A DNA stretch of 64,000 bases, taken from contig CAWCFX010000004.1 of NCBI GenBank assembly GCA_963795085.1, positions 224,001-288,000 on the forward strand, read 5' to 3'. The notes under the pieces are model-generated. The model was not told the origin of the DNA and made no database searches. It saw nothing but the letters and a program-made list of their open reading frames with translations. Made by a program: the position numbers and the translations under genes. This document shows, in pieces, positions 53,585 through 63,730 of this stretch; the first letter of the stretch is position 1; each line of letters opens with the position of its first letter. The DNA comes from an uncultured Gemmatimonadales bacterium (GTDB lineage: Bacteria; Gemmatimonadota; Gemmatimonadetes; Gemmatimonadales; GWC2-71-9).

Positions 53585-55232
53585 CCTTCCCGCCCACCCG
53601 GCTGACCCGGAACGCGGGCGCTTCGTAGCCCGCAGCCAGATAGGAGGCCGGGATCGTGACCTGGTTACCGTCCCGCTGGGCCCGGTAGTGGGGCGACAGG
53701 ATCTCCACTCCTCCCTCATTGAACCGGTCCTGGATGTTCTGGTGCAGGAACGAATAGGTCCGCGCCATGACGGCAGGGGAACGGGTGTAAGCGTTGATCT
53801 CGTAACTGACGTAGAAATCGTCCAGGCTGGTCTGGAGGACAAAAGGCGCGGGGTCCTCGAGAATCTCCGGCGTGGCCTTTGCGGCGGCGATGAGCAACTC
53901 GTGGACCTCCTTCCAGGGCGCGTCGTACCCAATGGTGACCGTGGTGTGGAGGATCACCCCGGCGGCAGCCTGGCTGGTGAAGTTGACGACCTGGTTTCCG
54001 AGCACCGCCCCGTTGGGGATGGTCACGTCCACGTTCTTGATGGTGCGGAGCCGGGTGACCAGCAGGGTCCGCTCGATGACGTCGCCGGTCGTATCGCCGA
54101 TCCTGACCCGGTCTCCGATCTGAAAGGCGCGGGTATAGGTGAGCACCACGCCGGCCACGATGTTGCCTACTGCCCCCGAAGAACCCAGCGAGAACAGGAC
54201 CCCGACGAAGAGCGACACTCCCTTGAACGCATCGGAGCCGGCGCCGGGGAGATAGGGGAACATGACGACGAGGGCGAAGGCGATTACCAGGAACCGGACG
54301 ATGTTATACGTCGGCATCGCCCAGTCGGGATGGAAGCCCTTGAAGGTCAGGGTCCCGGTCTGGACAGCGGTAAAAATCAACAAGATCAGCTTGAGGATGT
54401 ACCGGGTGACCAGGACGATGACGATGATGAAAAAGATCTTGGGCAGATAGGCGAGGAATCCGACCCAGACGGAGCCCAGCGGGGTCAGCACGTACCCGAC
54501 GATCCGGCGCGAGTAGGGCGCGGTCCAGGGAAAGAAGCTGAGGACCAGGGGGACGTAGAAGTAGAGCAGGATGATCGTGAGTACCACGCGGAAGACCCGC
54601 GCCACCAGGGTCAGCGTCTCGCCCAGGCGCTGGGCGGAGAGAACCTCCAGTTTCTGGATGCGGAGGGCCGGCACCCGGGGTCCGGCCAGGAGAGAATAAA
54701 CCCGGGTGAAGACGATGATGAGCAGCTTGAGCAGCAGCACCAGGACGGCGGTGGTGACCACTACATAGAGGAAATCGAGGGCGAGGGCCCGGAGACTGGT
54801 TTCCCGGGTTGCCGCGGCCGCGGCAACCCGGATTTCTTCGACATAGGATCGGGCCAGCTCGGCGCGGGGCCGGCCGGTGGGTTCGGCGTCGGCGTCCAGC
54901 ACCGTCATCAGCACCGCTTCGCCGGCCAGGATCTCGCTGTGGCCTTCGACTTCCGTCACGACGAGACTGTCGAGCCCGGTCGCGATCGCTTTCCGGTTCT
55001 GGGAGATGCGCTGGCTGACGGCCGCGGCCCGCTGCTCTGGGGAGAAGGGGCCCAGCCGGCTGTAGAGGTAGAACAGGGTATCCAGCTCAAGCACCACGGC
55101 GGCCCCAGCACGGGACGGGGCCAGGGAGTCAGCCGGGGCGGTGGAATCCGTGGGAGCCTGGGCCTGGATCGGGCCGGCCGACCCGGCGAGAAGGATGCCC
55201 AGCAGCGCAAGCATGCGGGGACGGCGGGTCAT
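53577..55232 (-). CDS. mechanosensitive channel, MscS family, with periplasmic N-domain
   Basis: FQIGDRVRIG, VTIPN, VTIGYD, DRFNEGGVEILSPHY; SD CAGGAG. Confidence 0.92.
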   Translation of the reverse strand: MTRRPRMLALLGILLAGSAGPIQAQAPTDSTAPADSLAPSRAGAAVVLELDTLFYLYSRLGPFSPEQRAAAVSQRISQNRKAIATGLDSLVVTEVEGHSEILAGEAVLMTVLDADAEPTGRPRAELARSYVEEIRVAAAAATRETSLRALALDFLYVVVTTAVLVLLLKLLIIVFTRVYSLLAGPRVPALRIQKLEVLSAQRLGETLTLVARVFRVVLTIILLYFYVPLVLSFFPWTAPYSRRIVGYVLTPLGSVWVGFLAYLPKIFFIIVIVLVTRYILKLILLIFTAVQTGTLTFKGFHPDWAMPTYNIVRFLVIAFALVVMFPYLPGAGSDAFKGVSLFVGVLFSLGSSGAVGNIVAGVVLTYTRAFQIGDRVRIGDTTGDVIERTLLVTRLRTIKNVDVTIPNGAVLGNQVVNFTSQAAAGVILHTTVTIGYDAPWKEVHELLIAAAKATPEILEDPAPFVLQTSLDDFYVSYEINAYTRSPAVMARTYSFLHQNIQDRFNEGGVEILSPHYRAQRDGNQVTIPASYLAAGYEAPAFRVSRVGGKDG

Positions 55233-55317
55233 GGTGTGTCTCCTGGGAATGGCTGGACGGAACCCCGGCAATATATATCGGGGCATTATCTTGTGAGCGT
55301 TCGCGAAAGGGGCCGGC

Positions 55318-55902
55318 ATGACGATGATCTCCGCGGCGGTACTCCTGTTCCTGGTGATGGATCCGCTGGGCAACGTGCCGTTTTTTCTCACCGAGCTGAA
55401 ACGGGTCCGGCCGGAGCGGCAGCGCCGGGTGGTGGTCCGCGAGCTGGTCATCGCGCTGGGCGTGATGGTCGTCTTCCTGTTCACCGGAGGGCTGATGCTG
55501 GACCTGCTGCACATTTCCGGCACGGCGCTGACCGTCGCGGGCGGGGTCATCCTTCTGCTGATTGCCCTGCGGATGATCTTTCCGGCCCGGGACCACTCGC
55601 TGCAGGAAGCGGTGGCGGGCGAGCCGTTCATCGTCCCGCTGGCCATTCCCTACCTGGCGGGCCCCTCCGCCCTGGCCACGGAGCTGTTGATCGTCAACCA
55701 GGATCCGGGCCGCTGGCCGGAGTGGCTGGCCGCGGTCACGCTGGCCTGGCTGGCGACGGCGGTCATCGTCTTCTTCAGCACCAACCTGGGACGCATCCTG
55801 GGCGAGCGGGTGTTGATCGCAGTGGAGCGGCTGATGGGAATGGTGCTGGTCGCCGTGGCGATCCAGATGCTGCTTACCGGGCTGGACCAGTACTTCGGCT
55901 GA
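55318..55902 (+). CDS. MarC family membrane protein
   Basis: VMDPLGNVP, AGGVILL, VPLAIPYLAGPS, ERLMGMVL. Confidence 0.92.
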   Translation: MTMISAAVLLFLVMDPLGNVPFFLTELKRVRPERQRRVVVRELVIALGVMVVFLFTGGLMLDLLHISGTALTVAGGVILLLIALRMIFPARDHSLQEAVAGEPFIVPLAIPYLAGPSALATELLIVNQDPGRWPEWLAAVTLAWLATAVIVFFSTNLGRILGERVLIAVERLMGMVLVAVAIQMLLTGLDQYFG

Positions 55903-58312
55903 GCGTGTCGGTCACGGTCCGGACCAGGACTTCGGGGCTGAACGGTTTCTGGATGAATGCCGCGCCCGGCTCCAGGAGACCCCGGCGGGAGATCTCTCCG
56001 TCGGTATAGCCGGACATGAAAATCACCGGCAGCCCGGCGACCTGGGCCCGCACCACCCTGGCCAGTTCATTCCCATTCATGCGCGGCATGATCACGTCCG
56101 TGAGGAGCAGCGCGATGCGCCCGGCCTGGCCGCGGAACAGCGCCAGCGCCGTCTCGCCGTCGGGGGCCTCCAGCACCCGGTAGCCGGCTTCCGTGAGGGC
56201 CCGGGTCACTACCTGGCGCACGCCTTCCTCGTCTTCCACTACCAGGACGCCCTCGCCGTTGCCCCGGGGGATCGCGTCGAGCGGCACGATCACCGGAGAC
56301 TGGGTCTCACGGCTTACCGGAAAGTAGAGCTTGAAGGTGGCCCCCCGGCCGGGCTCGCTGTACGCCCACACATATCCGTCGGATTGCTTGACAATGCCGT
56401 AGACGGTCGCCAGCCCGAGGCCGGTGCCCTGGCCGACCGGCTTGGTGCTGAAGAACGGCTCGAAGACGTGCTCCATGGCGTCGCGTCCGATCCCGTGGCC
56501 GGTGTCGCTGACCGCCAGGCGGACATACTCTCCCGGCTGGATGACGATGTCCGGCCGGGCCCGCGCGTAGTCGGAGGTCAGCGTGGTCACTGCGGTCTCG
56601 ATGCTGAGGGTCCCGCCGCCCGGCATGGCATCCTTCGCGTTGATGGCCAGGTTCAGCATGGCGTGATGGAGCTGGCCGGGATCGGCGCGCACCAGCGCCG
56701 GCCGGCCGGCGAGATCCAGGGTGATGGTATAGTCCTCACCGATGGCCCGCCGGAGCGCCGGCTCCCAGTCCCGGATGACCTGGTTGAGATCCACCACCTG
56801 CCGGTTCATCACCTGGCGGCGGCTGAACGCGAGCAGTTGCGCGGTGACACCGGCGGTGCGTTCGGCCGCCTCCTGGATCAGGGTGACGTCCTGCCGGACC
56901 GCCTCGGGCAGGTCGGGCCGCATCAGGACGAAGCGGGACGCACCCAGCACCACGCTCATCTGGTTGTTGGTTTCGTGGGCGACACCGCCCGCCAGCCGGC
57001 CGACCGACTCCATGCGGTGGGCCTGGCGGATTCGCTCCTCCGAGACCCGCCGATCGGTCACGTCCATGCAGACCCCGGTCATGCCCTTCGGGTTCCCGGT
57101 TTCGTCCCGCACGACGTGGCCCTGGTCGGCGATCCAACGGACCTCGCCGTTGGGGAGGACGATGCGGAACTCGTAATCCAGCTCGCCATCCTGCTCCAGG
57201 CTGAGCCGGATGGTCGCTTCTACGGTGGGGCGATCCTCGGGATGAACCCGCCCGATGAAATCCCCGTACCCGGTCACCGGGTCCGCCCGCCCCAGCCCAT
57301 AGAGACCCTTCATGTTTTCGTCCCAGGAGAGGGTGTCGTCCTCCATGGACCAGAACCAGGTCCCCATGCGGGCGGCATCCAGCGACCGGCGTAGCTGGTC
57401 CTTGCTCCGGCCCAGTTCCTCCCGGGCGGCGTTCCGCTCATGGCTCACCGCGGCGGCCAGAACCAGGCCGGTCCCTGCGACGATAACGAGATAAATCGCG
57501 ACCGCGAAAAGCGTTTCCAGCGGCGATGCCGACAGAAAGGGGCCCCTGCCTTCCAGGGTGTGCCAGACGGCGACCAGGGACACGACAAAGGTGAGCAGGG
57601 TGGCTCCGCGGCTTCCAAAACGAAGCGCGGCCCAGAGGACGAAGGGGAACAGCAGGAAGGGATATTCCAGGTGGGTGAGGAAGCCCGGCTGCAGCCACCG
57701 GCCCAGCCCCAGCTCGGCTGCGGCGGCGGTTCCCAGGCAGACGGCGCTGATCTCGATGATGCCCCGGGCGCCGCGGGAGGGTCGCGCGGGTTGCCAGGCC
57801 AGGAGGAGCGGCGCTACAACCAGGGCGCCGAGCAGGTCACCGGCCCACCAGGTCGCCATCCCGGTGGCCATGCCGGCCGGGAGGTCATGCAGCAACCGGA
57901 GGGTGCCCACCCCAAGCACCGCGCTTACCAGGGCGCCGGCCGGTGCGGCCACCAGGACGAGGGTCCGGACGACCCGGATGTTTTCCAGGTCCGGCCGCGC
58001 CCCACCCACTCGCCGAAGCAGTAGCGCGGCGGTTACCGCCTCCAGCGTGTTGCCGACCGCGATGCCCGCCGCGGCCAGGATGGGAATATCGGTGCCGGCG
58101 TTGGCAAGAAAGGCGCCCAGCAGGACGCCGGGCCAATAGCGGGGGCCGAGGAGCACCAGCGCCGCCATCGCGATCCCGGTAGGCGGCCACACCAGCGAGA
58201 TGCTTTGCCCGATGGACGCGAGTTCGAGTCCCAGCCGGGCGGCGAGATAATACGCCAGAGCCAGCAGCGCGAATCGCGCCGCATAGTGAACGGGAGAATC
58301 TGGCTGGGTCAT
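55874..58312 (-). CDS. hybrid sensor histidine kinase (MASE1-PAS-HisKA-HATPase-REC)
   Basis: VWPPTG, WWAGD, VHPEDR, AHETNNQM, FSTKPVGQGTGLGL, TDVIMP. Confidence 0.92.
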   Translation of the reverse strand: MTQPDSPVHYAARFALLALAYYLAARLGLELASIGQSISLVWPPTGIAMAALVLLGPRYWPGVLLGAFLANAGTDIPILAAAGIAVGNTLEAVTAALLLRRVGGARPDLENIRVVRTLVLVAAPAGALVSAVLGVGTLRLLHDLPAGMATGMATWWAGDLLGALVVAPLLLAWQPARPSRGARGIIEISAVCLGTAAAAELGLGRWLQPGFLTHLEYPFLLFPFVLWAALRFGSRGATLLTFVVSLVAVWHTLEGRGPFLSASPLETLFAVAIYLVIVAGTGLVLAAAVSHERNAAREELGRSKDQLRRSLDAARMGTWFWSMEDDTLSWDENMKGLYGLGRADPVTGYGDFIGRVHPEDRPTVEATIRLSLEQDGELDYEFRIVLPNGEVRWIADQGHVVRDETGNPKGMTGVCMDVTDRRVSEERIRQAHRMESVGRLAGGVAHETNNQMSVVLGASRFVLMRPDLPEAVRQDVTLIQEAAERTAGVTAQLLAFSRRQVMNRQVVDLNQVIRDWEPALRRAIGEDYTITLDLAGRPALVRADPGQLHHAMLNLAINAKDAMPGGGTLSIETAVTTLTSDYARARPDIVIQPGEYVRLAVSDTGHGIGRDAMEHVFEPFFSTKPVGQGTGLGLATVYGIVKQSDGYVWAYSEPGRGATFKLYFPVSRETQSPVIVPLDAIPRGNGEGVLVVEDEEGVRQVVTRALTEAGYRVLEAPDGETALALFRGQAGRIALLLTDVIMPRMNGNELARVVRAQVAGLPVIFMSGYTDGEISRRGLLEPGAAFIQKPFSPEVLVRTVTDTLSRSTGPAR

Positions 58313-58337
58313 CAGGCTGCAGCGACGCGGGAGACCA

Positions 58338-58679
58338 TCAAAATTTCCTGGATTTGCGGCTCTTCTTCCGGCGGGCCACCTCGACCGCGCCGCTTACCCA
58401 CTCGGCGAGGGTGTCGGGATCGTCGAGCGCCTCCTCCGGCAACTGGTAATACTGCATGACCTCGCCCCCGGGCATGAAGGGAGGCATGCCACGGGCTTCG
58501 AAGGCATGTCGGTTCTGGTCATCAACCTTCAGGTAAACCAGGTCGTCGTCCATCAGGGCGAAGAACGCATCGCCGGCGTACAGTCCGACTCCTCCAAACA
58601 TGCTGCGAGCCCGGATATCTCCGCGGACCCGGGCCAACTGCTCCAGTACGTAGGTTCGGAAGCTGGCGCTGACGCTCAT
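58338..58679 (-). CDS. TfoX/Sxy N-terminal domain protein
   Basis: RSMFGGVGLY, FFALM, VYLKVD, MQYYQLPE. Confidence 0.88.
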   Translation of the reverse strand: MSVSASFRTYVLEQLARVRGDIRARSMFGGVGLYAGDAFFALMDDDLVYLKVDDQNRHAFEARGMPPFMPGGEVMQYYQLPEEALDDPDTLAEWVSGAVEVARRKKSRKSRKF

Positions 58680-59137
58680 GGCGTGGTTCCTATGCCCGCC
58701 CCGCGGGCCATTCCGGCGGCCAGCAGCACCATGAGCACGACGAGAATGGCCTGGATGGTGCTGGTACTCGCGAACCGGCCGGCCCGCCGGGTGTCGGGCT
58801 CGGTGCCACCGCGGACCGCCATCCGCCACTTGATCAGCGTCATCATCGGGGCGATCTCCAGGGCCAGGACACCGAGAAACAGCAGCATCTTGGTCCAGAA
58901 GAGATGGTTCCCAAGGTAGTAGGCGGTGGCCTTTTCCAGTCCCATGAAGAGCCGGAGTAGCCCGGTGGACACCCAGAGCAGGGCGGCGATGCCCCACCAG
59001 GTATCGGCCCGGAACACGGCGGCCAGGCCGGGCCGGTCCAGCGGGCCCCGGAGGGCGTGGGCCCGTGCCCAGACCGCGCCCAGGCCCAGGCCGAGGCCCA
59101 GGAGATGAAATGAGGCAGCCAGCCAGCGAAGGATCAA
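58676..59137 (-). CDS. DUF2214 family membrane protein
   Basis: ADTWWGIAA, TGLLRL..EK...YY..N.LFWTKM, MARG. Confidence 0.85.
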   Translation of the reverse strand: MILRWLAASFHLLGLGLGLGAVWARAHALRGPLDRPGLAAVFRADTWWGIAALLWVSTGLLRLFMGLEKATAYYLGNHLFWTKMLLFLGVLALEIAPMMTLIKWRMAVRGGTEPDTRRAGRFASTSTIQAILVVLMVLLAAGMARGAGIGTTP

Positions 59138-59159
59138 GCGGGGAGGCGCGGTAGAAGAA

Positions 59160-60047
59160 TCACGCCCGGCTCCCGCGGGCTCGTCCGGCCAGGATGGTAA
59201 TGTTATCGCTGCCGCCGCGCTCCAGCGCCATTTCGAGCAGGGAAGTGCAGAGTTGTTCGGACGAGGTCATGGTGCGGCACTGCTGGGTGATCTCGTCATC
59301 GCTGACGTGCTTGGTCAGCCCGTCGCTGCAAAGAAGGATGACACAGCCGCGGGGGGTGATGTCCAACAAGGCAATTTCGGGTTTGGCCTCCTCGCCGCCG
59401 ATGGCGCTGGCCAGCACGTTGCTGTAGGGAGACTTGGAGGCCTGGTCGGCCTTGATGACCCCCGCGTCCACCAGGTACTGGGCCACGGTCTGGTCCCGGG
59501 TTACCTGCTTGAGGACGCCGTCCCAGTAGTAATAGCACCGGCTGTCCCCGACCTGGACCACGTACATGCGGGGCCAGACCGCGATAGCGAGCGTCAGGGT
59601 GGTGGCCATCCGCTGGTCGGCACGGGCCGCTTCCTTCCGGACGGTGCCGTGCGCTTCCAGAACGGCGGTCTGCAGGGCGGTAGAAAACTCCTTCTCCTCG
59701 GAGGCGTTCGACGCGTGATAGCAGCGCATCGTGCTGCTCACATAGGAGGTGATGGCGGTGGTCGCCAGCTGGCTGGCCTCGCCCCCGGCCGCCGACCCGC
59801 CCACCCCGTCCGCCACCAGCATGATGGTTCCCAGCCGCTCGCCCCGGAGCGGCAGCTCGTCCGGCCCCGGCAGACTGGTGCCATGCACGACGATCTGCTG
59901 GTGAAGGGTGCAGAGGAGAAAGTGGTCCTGGTTCTCGGTCCGGACCCGGCCGGGATGGGTAAGTCCGAACAGGTCCAGTTCCTCGTCCCTGGGCCGGCCG
60001 GCGGGAAGCGGCGGCGACGTTGTAGTGAGCAGGCGAGCGGTGGCCAT
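59160..60047 (-). CDS. PP2C-family Ser/Thr phosphatase
   Basis: GRVRTENQD, VADGVGG, VGDSRCY, TRDQT, LCSDGL, GGSDNIT. Confidence 0.92.
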   Translation of the reverse strand: MATARLLTTTSPPLPAGRPRDEELDLFGLTHPGRVRTENQDHFLLCTLHQQIVVHGTSLPGPDELPLRGERLGTIMLVADGVGGSAAGGEASQLATTAITSYVSSTMRCYHASNASEEKEFSTALQTAVLEAHGTVRKEAARADQRMATTLTLAIAVWPRMYVVQVGDSRCYYYWDGVLKQVTRDQTVAQYLVDAGVIKADQASKSPYSNVLASAIGGEEAKPEIALLDITPRGCVILLCSDGLTKHVSDDEITQQCRTMTSSEQLCTSLLEMALERGGSDNITILAGRARGSRA

Positions 60048-60105
60048 GGGAACTCCTGGAGACAGTGCTCAAGCTTGGCGCACCCGCCCGGTTCATGCAA
60101 GCAGG

Positions 60106-61965
60106 TCAGGGGGGAGGCTGCCCCCAGGGCCGCAGCAGGCCGTACTCCGCCGCTGCCTGGATATCGGCGAGCCGCCCGGCGGTGGCGCCAAAACCCCACA
60201 GCTGGACAAACCCCGCCCATGGCCGGTCGGCCCGCCAGGTCTTGACCCAGGCATTGGCCTGTCCGAGCTCGTCGACGGCGAGCGCGGTGGTGACCGCGGT
60301 TACGTCAACCGGGTAGTCTCCCCGGTGCCAACCCTCGATTCCCCAGGCGCGACCGTCGGCGGTGGGATGCCCGGCATGTTCGTTGTAATCCATGGACGCG
60401 GTCGGAAGGCCGAGCAACGATTCGGTCCGCGCGAAATTCTCTGTCTCGACCAGGCGGCCGTTGGCGTCGTGGACCAGGGATCCCGGTGGGGCGCCCAGCC
60501 AGACCACCTTGCCGCCGGCGCGGAGGTACCGGGTAAACAGGACATCGGTGTCCATCACCGGCGCCACTTCGCCGGGCAGAACGTCCATGGCGAAGACCAC
60601 GACGCTGGGAAGGCCGTCGCCGATCCGTTCAGTAAAAAACCGGGCCAGGCCGGCGGCATCCAGTGATTGGTAGCCCTGGTCGCGAAAGTGCTCCAGGGCC
60701 AACCGGCTACCGGGAACAAAGGCCTGGCCGGCCCGGCTGGAGTCGTAGAATACCGCCATCCGGGGAATGGCATCCATCACCCGGGCGATGGCCACGATGC
60801 TGCCGGCATCGGTACCCAGGAAAATGACGTCGTTCGACACCACGGGTGTCGAGACGACCGATCCATCCATCCGGAGTCGCCATTTTTCGCGGCCGCTGGC
60901 GGCCTCGAGAACGCGCAAGTCGCCCCAGGGCGCATCGGTGCGGTAGGTCGCGATCACCAGGTCGGACCCCGCCAGCACCGGCGATGCGAGCACGTTGGCC
61001 CCGATCGGTTGCCGCCACAGCTCCCGCCCGGTTTCCGCGTCGAGCGTCTGCATGAAATGGCCGTCGGAACTTCCTGCGTAGACCCGTCCCCCAGTCACCG
61101 CCGGCGACCCGATCACCCAGGAGGTCCCGTGACTGGCCCGCCATTTCCGGGATCCGGTGGCGAGGTCCAGGGCATAGACCCCGCCATCGCGCGAGCCGAC
61201 GAACACGGTTCCGTTCATGATTGCCGCGGAACTCTGGATGGCGCGCCGGTCGTAGCCGAACCGGTTGGAGTCGAGCGTGTCGCCCTCGGTTCGGTGGACC
61301 CACCGCTCGGCACCGTCGCGCCGGTCAAAGGCATAGACCCGGCCATCGAAGGAGCCCGCGATGACCAGCTCGGCGGACAGGGCGGGGGTGGCCCGGAGTC
61401 GCCCGCCGGTCCGCCCTTTCCATATTTCACGTCCCGAGGCGAGATCGAGGGCATAGAGGAAACCGTCCTGCCCCCCGATGAATACCGTGTCGCCGGCGAT
61501 GGTGGGCGAGGAGACGAGGATGTCCCACCCGCCGCCCCGGCCGGTATTGAGGGCGAGGGCGGGGCCGGTGGATTTCGACCACCGTGCTGTCCCGGTATTC
61601 TGATCGACGGCAAAGATCCGCCCCGCGAGCGTCGCCGCTACGACCAGGCCGCGCGCTACCGCCGGCGAGGCGTGCACCGGGCTCCCGGCCTCAAATCGCC
61701 AGGCCAGGGCCCCATTCTTCTTTTCCAGGGCGTAGAGAAAACCATCCCCGCTCCCCACGTAAACCCGGCCGTCCGAGACGGCAGGCGTCGAGCGCACCAT
61801 CCCGCCGGTTCGGACCCGCCACTGGACGCCGCCCTGTCCCCGGAAGAGGGAGCCGGCGGATGCCCCGGCATGGGTTGGTTCGCCCCGGAACATGGCCGAC
61901 CCTCCGACTTGGGAAGCATCACCGGAGGCGCAGGCGGCGAGGAGGCAGAGGCTCGCGATTCTCAT
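60106..61965 (-). CDS. lipoprotein with PQQ-like (BamB-type) beta-propeller repeats and a C-terminal alpha/beta domain
   Basis: LAAC lipobox; repeated SSP...VYVGS.DG.LYAL...G...W motifs. Confidence 0.85.
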   Translation of the reverse strand: MRIASLCLLAACASGDASQVGGSAMFRGEPTHAGASAGSLFRGQGGVQWRVRTGGMVRSTPAVSDGRVYVGSGDGFLYALEKKNGALAWRFEAGSPVHASPAVARGLVVAATLAGRIFAVDQNTGTARWSKSTGPALALNTGRGGGWDILVSSPTIAGDTVFIGGQDGFLYALDLASGREIWKGRTGGRLRATPALSAELVIAGSFDGRVYAFDRRDGAERWVHRTEGDTLDSNRFGYDRRAIQSSAAIMNGTVFVGSRDGGVYALDLATGSRKWRASHGTSWVIGSPAVTGGRVYAGSSDGHFMQTLDAETGRELWRQPIGANVLASPVLAGSDLVIATYRTDAPWGDLRVLEAASGREKWRLRMDGSVVSTPVVSNDVIFLGTDAGSIVAIARVMDAIPRMAVFYDSSRAGQAFVPGSRLALEHFRDQGYQSLDAAGLARFFTERIGDGLPSVVVFAMDVLPGEVAPVMDTDVLFTRYLRAGGKVVWLGAPPGSLVHDANGRLVETENFARTESLLGLPTASMDYNEHAGHPTADGRAWGIEGWHRGDYPVDVTAVTTALAVDELGQANAWVKTWRADRPWAGFVQLWGFGATAGRLADIQAAAEYGLLRPWGQPPP

Positions 61966-62110
61966 TGGGTCTCAATAAAAATTGGGTGTATCGGGCGACG
62001 CAGCAGGTCCATCACGAACAAACTAGCGGTCCGCGGCTGCCCTGTTTTGTACAGGGCTCACACCGCTGGCACAGAGGTCATCGGAAGAAGGGCCGGGGGT
62101 TATGGGGCCG

Positions 62111-63730
62111 CTACTCGCCTGCCCGGAGTGCCGTTCCATTCCCCGCCCCCACCCGAGCCCCATCACGGAGCGCCACCCGCCCGTTCACGATGACGACCTG
62201 GATACCAGCGGGATACTGGAACGGGTCCTCAAAGCTGGCTCGGTCGGCTACGGTGGCCGGATCGAGGACCACCACGTCGGCTGCCATTCCGGTTCCCAGC
62301 CGGCCGCGGGTGGCCAGGCTGGCCCGGGAAGCCGGTGCCGCGCTCATCTTGCGAATGGCCGATTCCAGGCTGAGCGCCTTCCGTTCTCGCACATAGCGGC
62401 CGAGAACTCTCGGGTAGGAGCCGAGGCCGCGCGGGTGGGGGTTGCCCCGCCGGGCCGGGCCCTCGGTGGCGAAACTTCCCCCGTCGCTGCAGACCATGCC
62501 CAGGGGGTGGGCCAGGATGCGCTCCAGGTTCTCCTCGCTCATGGCGAACCCCACCATGCCGACACCGCCCTGGCTCTCCCGCAGCAGTGCGGCGGCAAGG
62601 TCATAAGGATCCTGGTTCCGCTCCGTGGCGAGGGCGCCCAGCCGCCGGCCCTCCGCGCCCCGGCCGCCGGCGGCGCGGACGCTGGTGATCATGGCATTGT
62701 CCCAGCCGCCGATAAGTGCCACCTTCGCCAGAGTTTCTTCCCGAATCCGCGCGGCGGTGGCGGGGTCCGCGAGCCGGGCGAGGAACGCCTCGGTGCCGCC
62801 GTCCCGGCTCCAGACCGGAAACAGGTTAGTGAGGCCGGTGGAATAGGCTACGTAGGGGTAGCGATCGAACGCGATGTCGAGGCCGCGCGCCCTGGCCGCT
62901 TCGATGGTGGCAAAGGCCTGGCCGAGCCGGGGCCAGTTCCGCGGTCCCTGGGTCTTGAGATGGGAAATCTGGAGAGGGGTAACGGCACCTGTCGCGACCG
63001 CGATGGCTTCCTCAATGGCCTCGATCAGTCGGTCATCTTCGTTCCGCATGTGGGTGGCATACACCAGGCGCCGGCCGGCCAGCGGCCGGCAGAGCGCGAC
63101 GAGTTCCTCCCGGGACGCGAAGGCGCCCGGAGTGTACTCCAGCCCGGACGAGGCCCCGCAGGCACCCTGCCCCACAGCTGCCTCCACCATCCTGCGCATG
63201 CGTTCCAGTTCCGCCGGAGATGCGGGGCGGTCGGCGTCGCCCACCACGGCTCCCCGTACCGATCCCAGCCCCACCATCGAAGCGACGTTCACCGCCGGTT
63301 CATAGCTGTCGATTCGCTCGAAGTAGCTGGTGAAGGAATCGGTTTCCGATCCGGTGGCCGCGGATCCCCCGTCCTGCCCCACGACGATGGTCGTTATCCC
63401 TTGCCGGATGAGTGACTCGGCCCGGGGGTCCTCGGCCAGCGAGCCATCGCCATGGGAGTGGATGTCCACGAAGCCGGGACAGACGGCCGAGCCGGACACA
63501 TCAATCTCTTCCTTACCCCGCCCGGCGATCCGGGACGCCAGTTCGGCGATGCGCCCGCGGGAGATGCCCAGGTCTCCCCGGATTCCAGGAGAGCCGCTCC
63601 CATCGAAGAGGGTGCCCCCGCGGAGGACGAGATCATGGTCGGCGCGACGGGCGAGCAGGTTGGGTCCCGCGGCGAAGGCGGCCAGTACGCCGCCCGAGGT
63701 TTGCAGGAACGATCGTCGGCTCGTTGTCAT
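62111..63730 (-). CDS. N-acyl-D-amino-acid deacylase (amidohydrolase), Tat-exported
   Basis: SRRSFL twin-arginine motif; PGFVDIHSH, GLEYTPG, THMRNE, ISHLK, HPRGLGSYPRVLG. Confidence 0.9.
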   Translation of the reverse strand: MTTSRRSFLQTSGGVLAAFAAGPNLLARRADHDLVLRGGTLFDGSGSPGIRGDLGISRGRIAELASRIAGRGKEEIDVSGSAVCPGFVDIHSHGDGSLAEDPRAESLIRQGITTIVVGQDGGSAATGSETDSFTSYFERIDSYEPAVNVASMVGLGSVRGAVVGDADRPASPAELERMRRMVEAAVGQGACGASSGLEYTPGAFASREELVALCRPLAGRRLVYATHMRNEDDRLIEAIEEAIAVATGAVTPLQISHLKTQGPRNWPRLGQAFATIEAARARGLDIAFDRYPYVAYSTGLTNLFPVWSRDGGTEAFLARLADPATAARIREETLAKVALIGGWDNAMITSVRAAGGRGAEGRRLGALATERNQDPYDLAAALLRESQGGVGMVGFAMSEENLERILAHPLGMVCSDGGSFATEGPARRGNPHPRGLGSYPRVLGRYVRERKALSLESAIRKMSAAPASRASLATRGRLGTGMAADVVVLDPATVADRASFEDPFQYPAGIQVVIVNGRVALRDGARVGAGNGTALRAGE

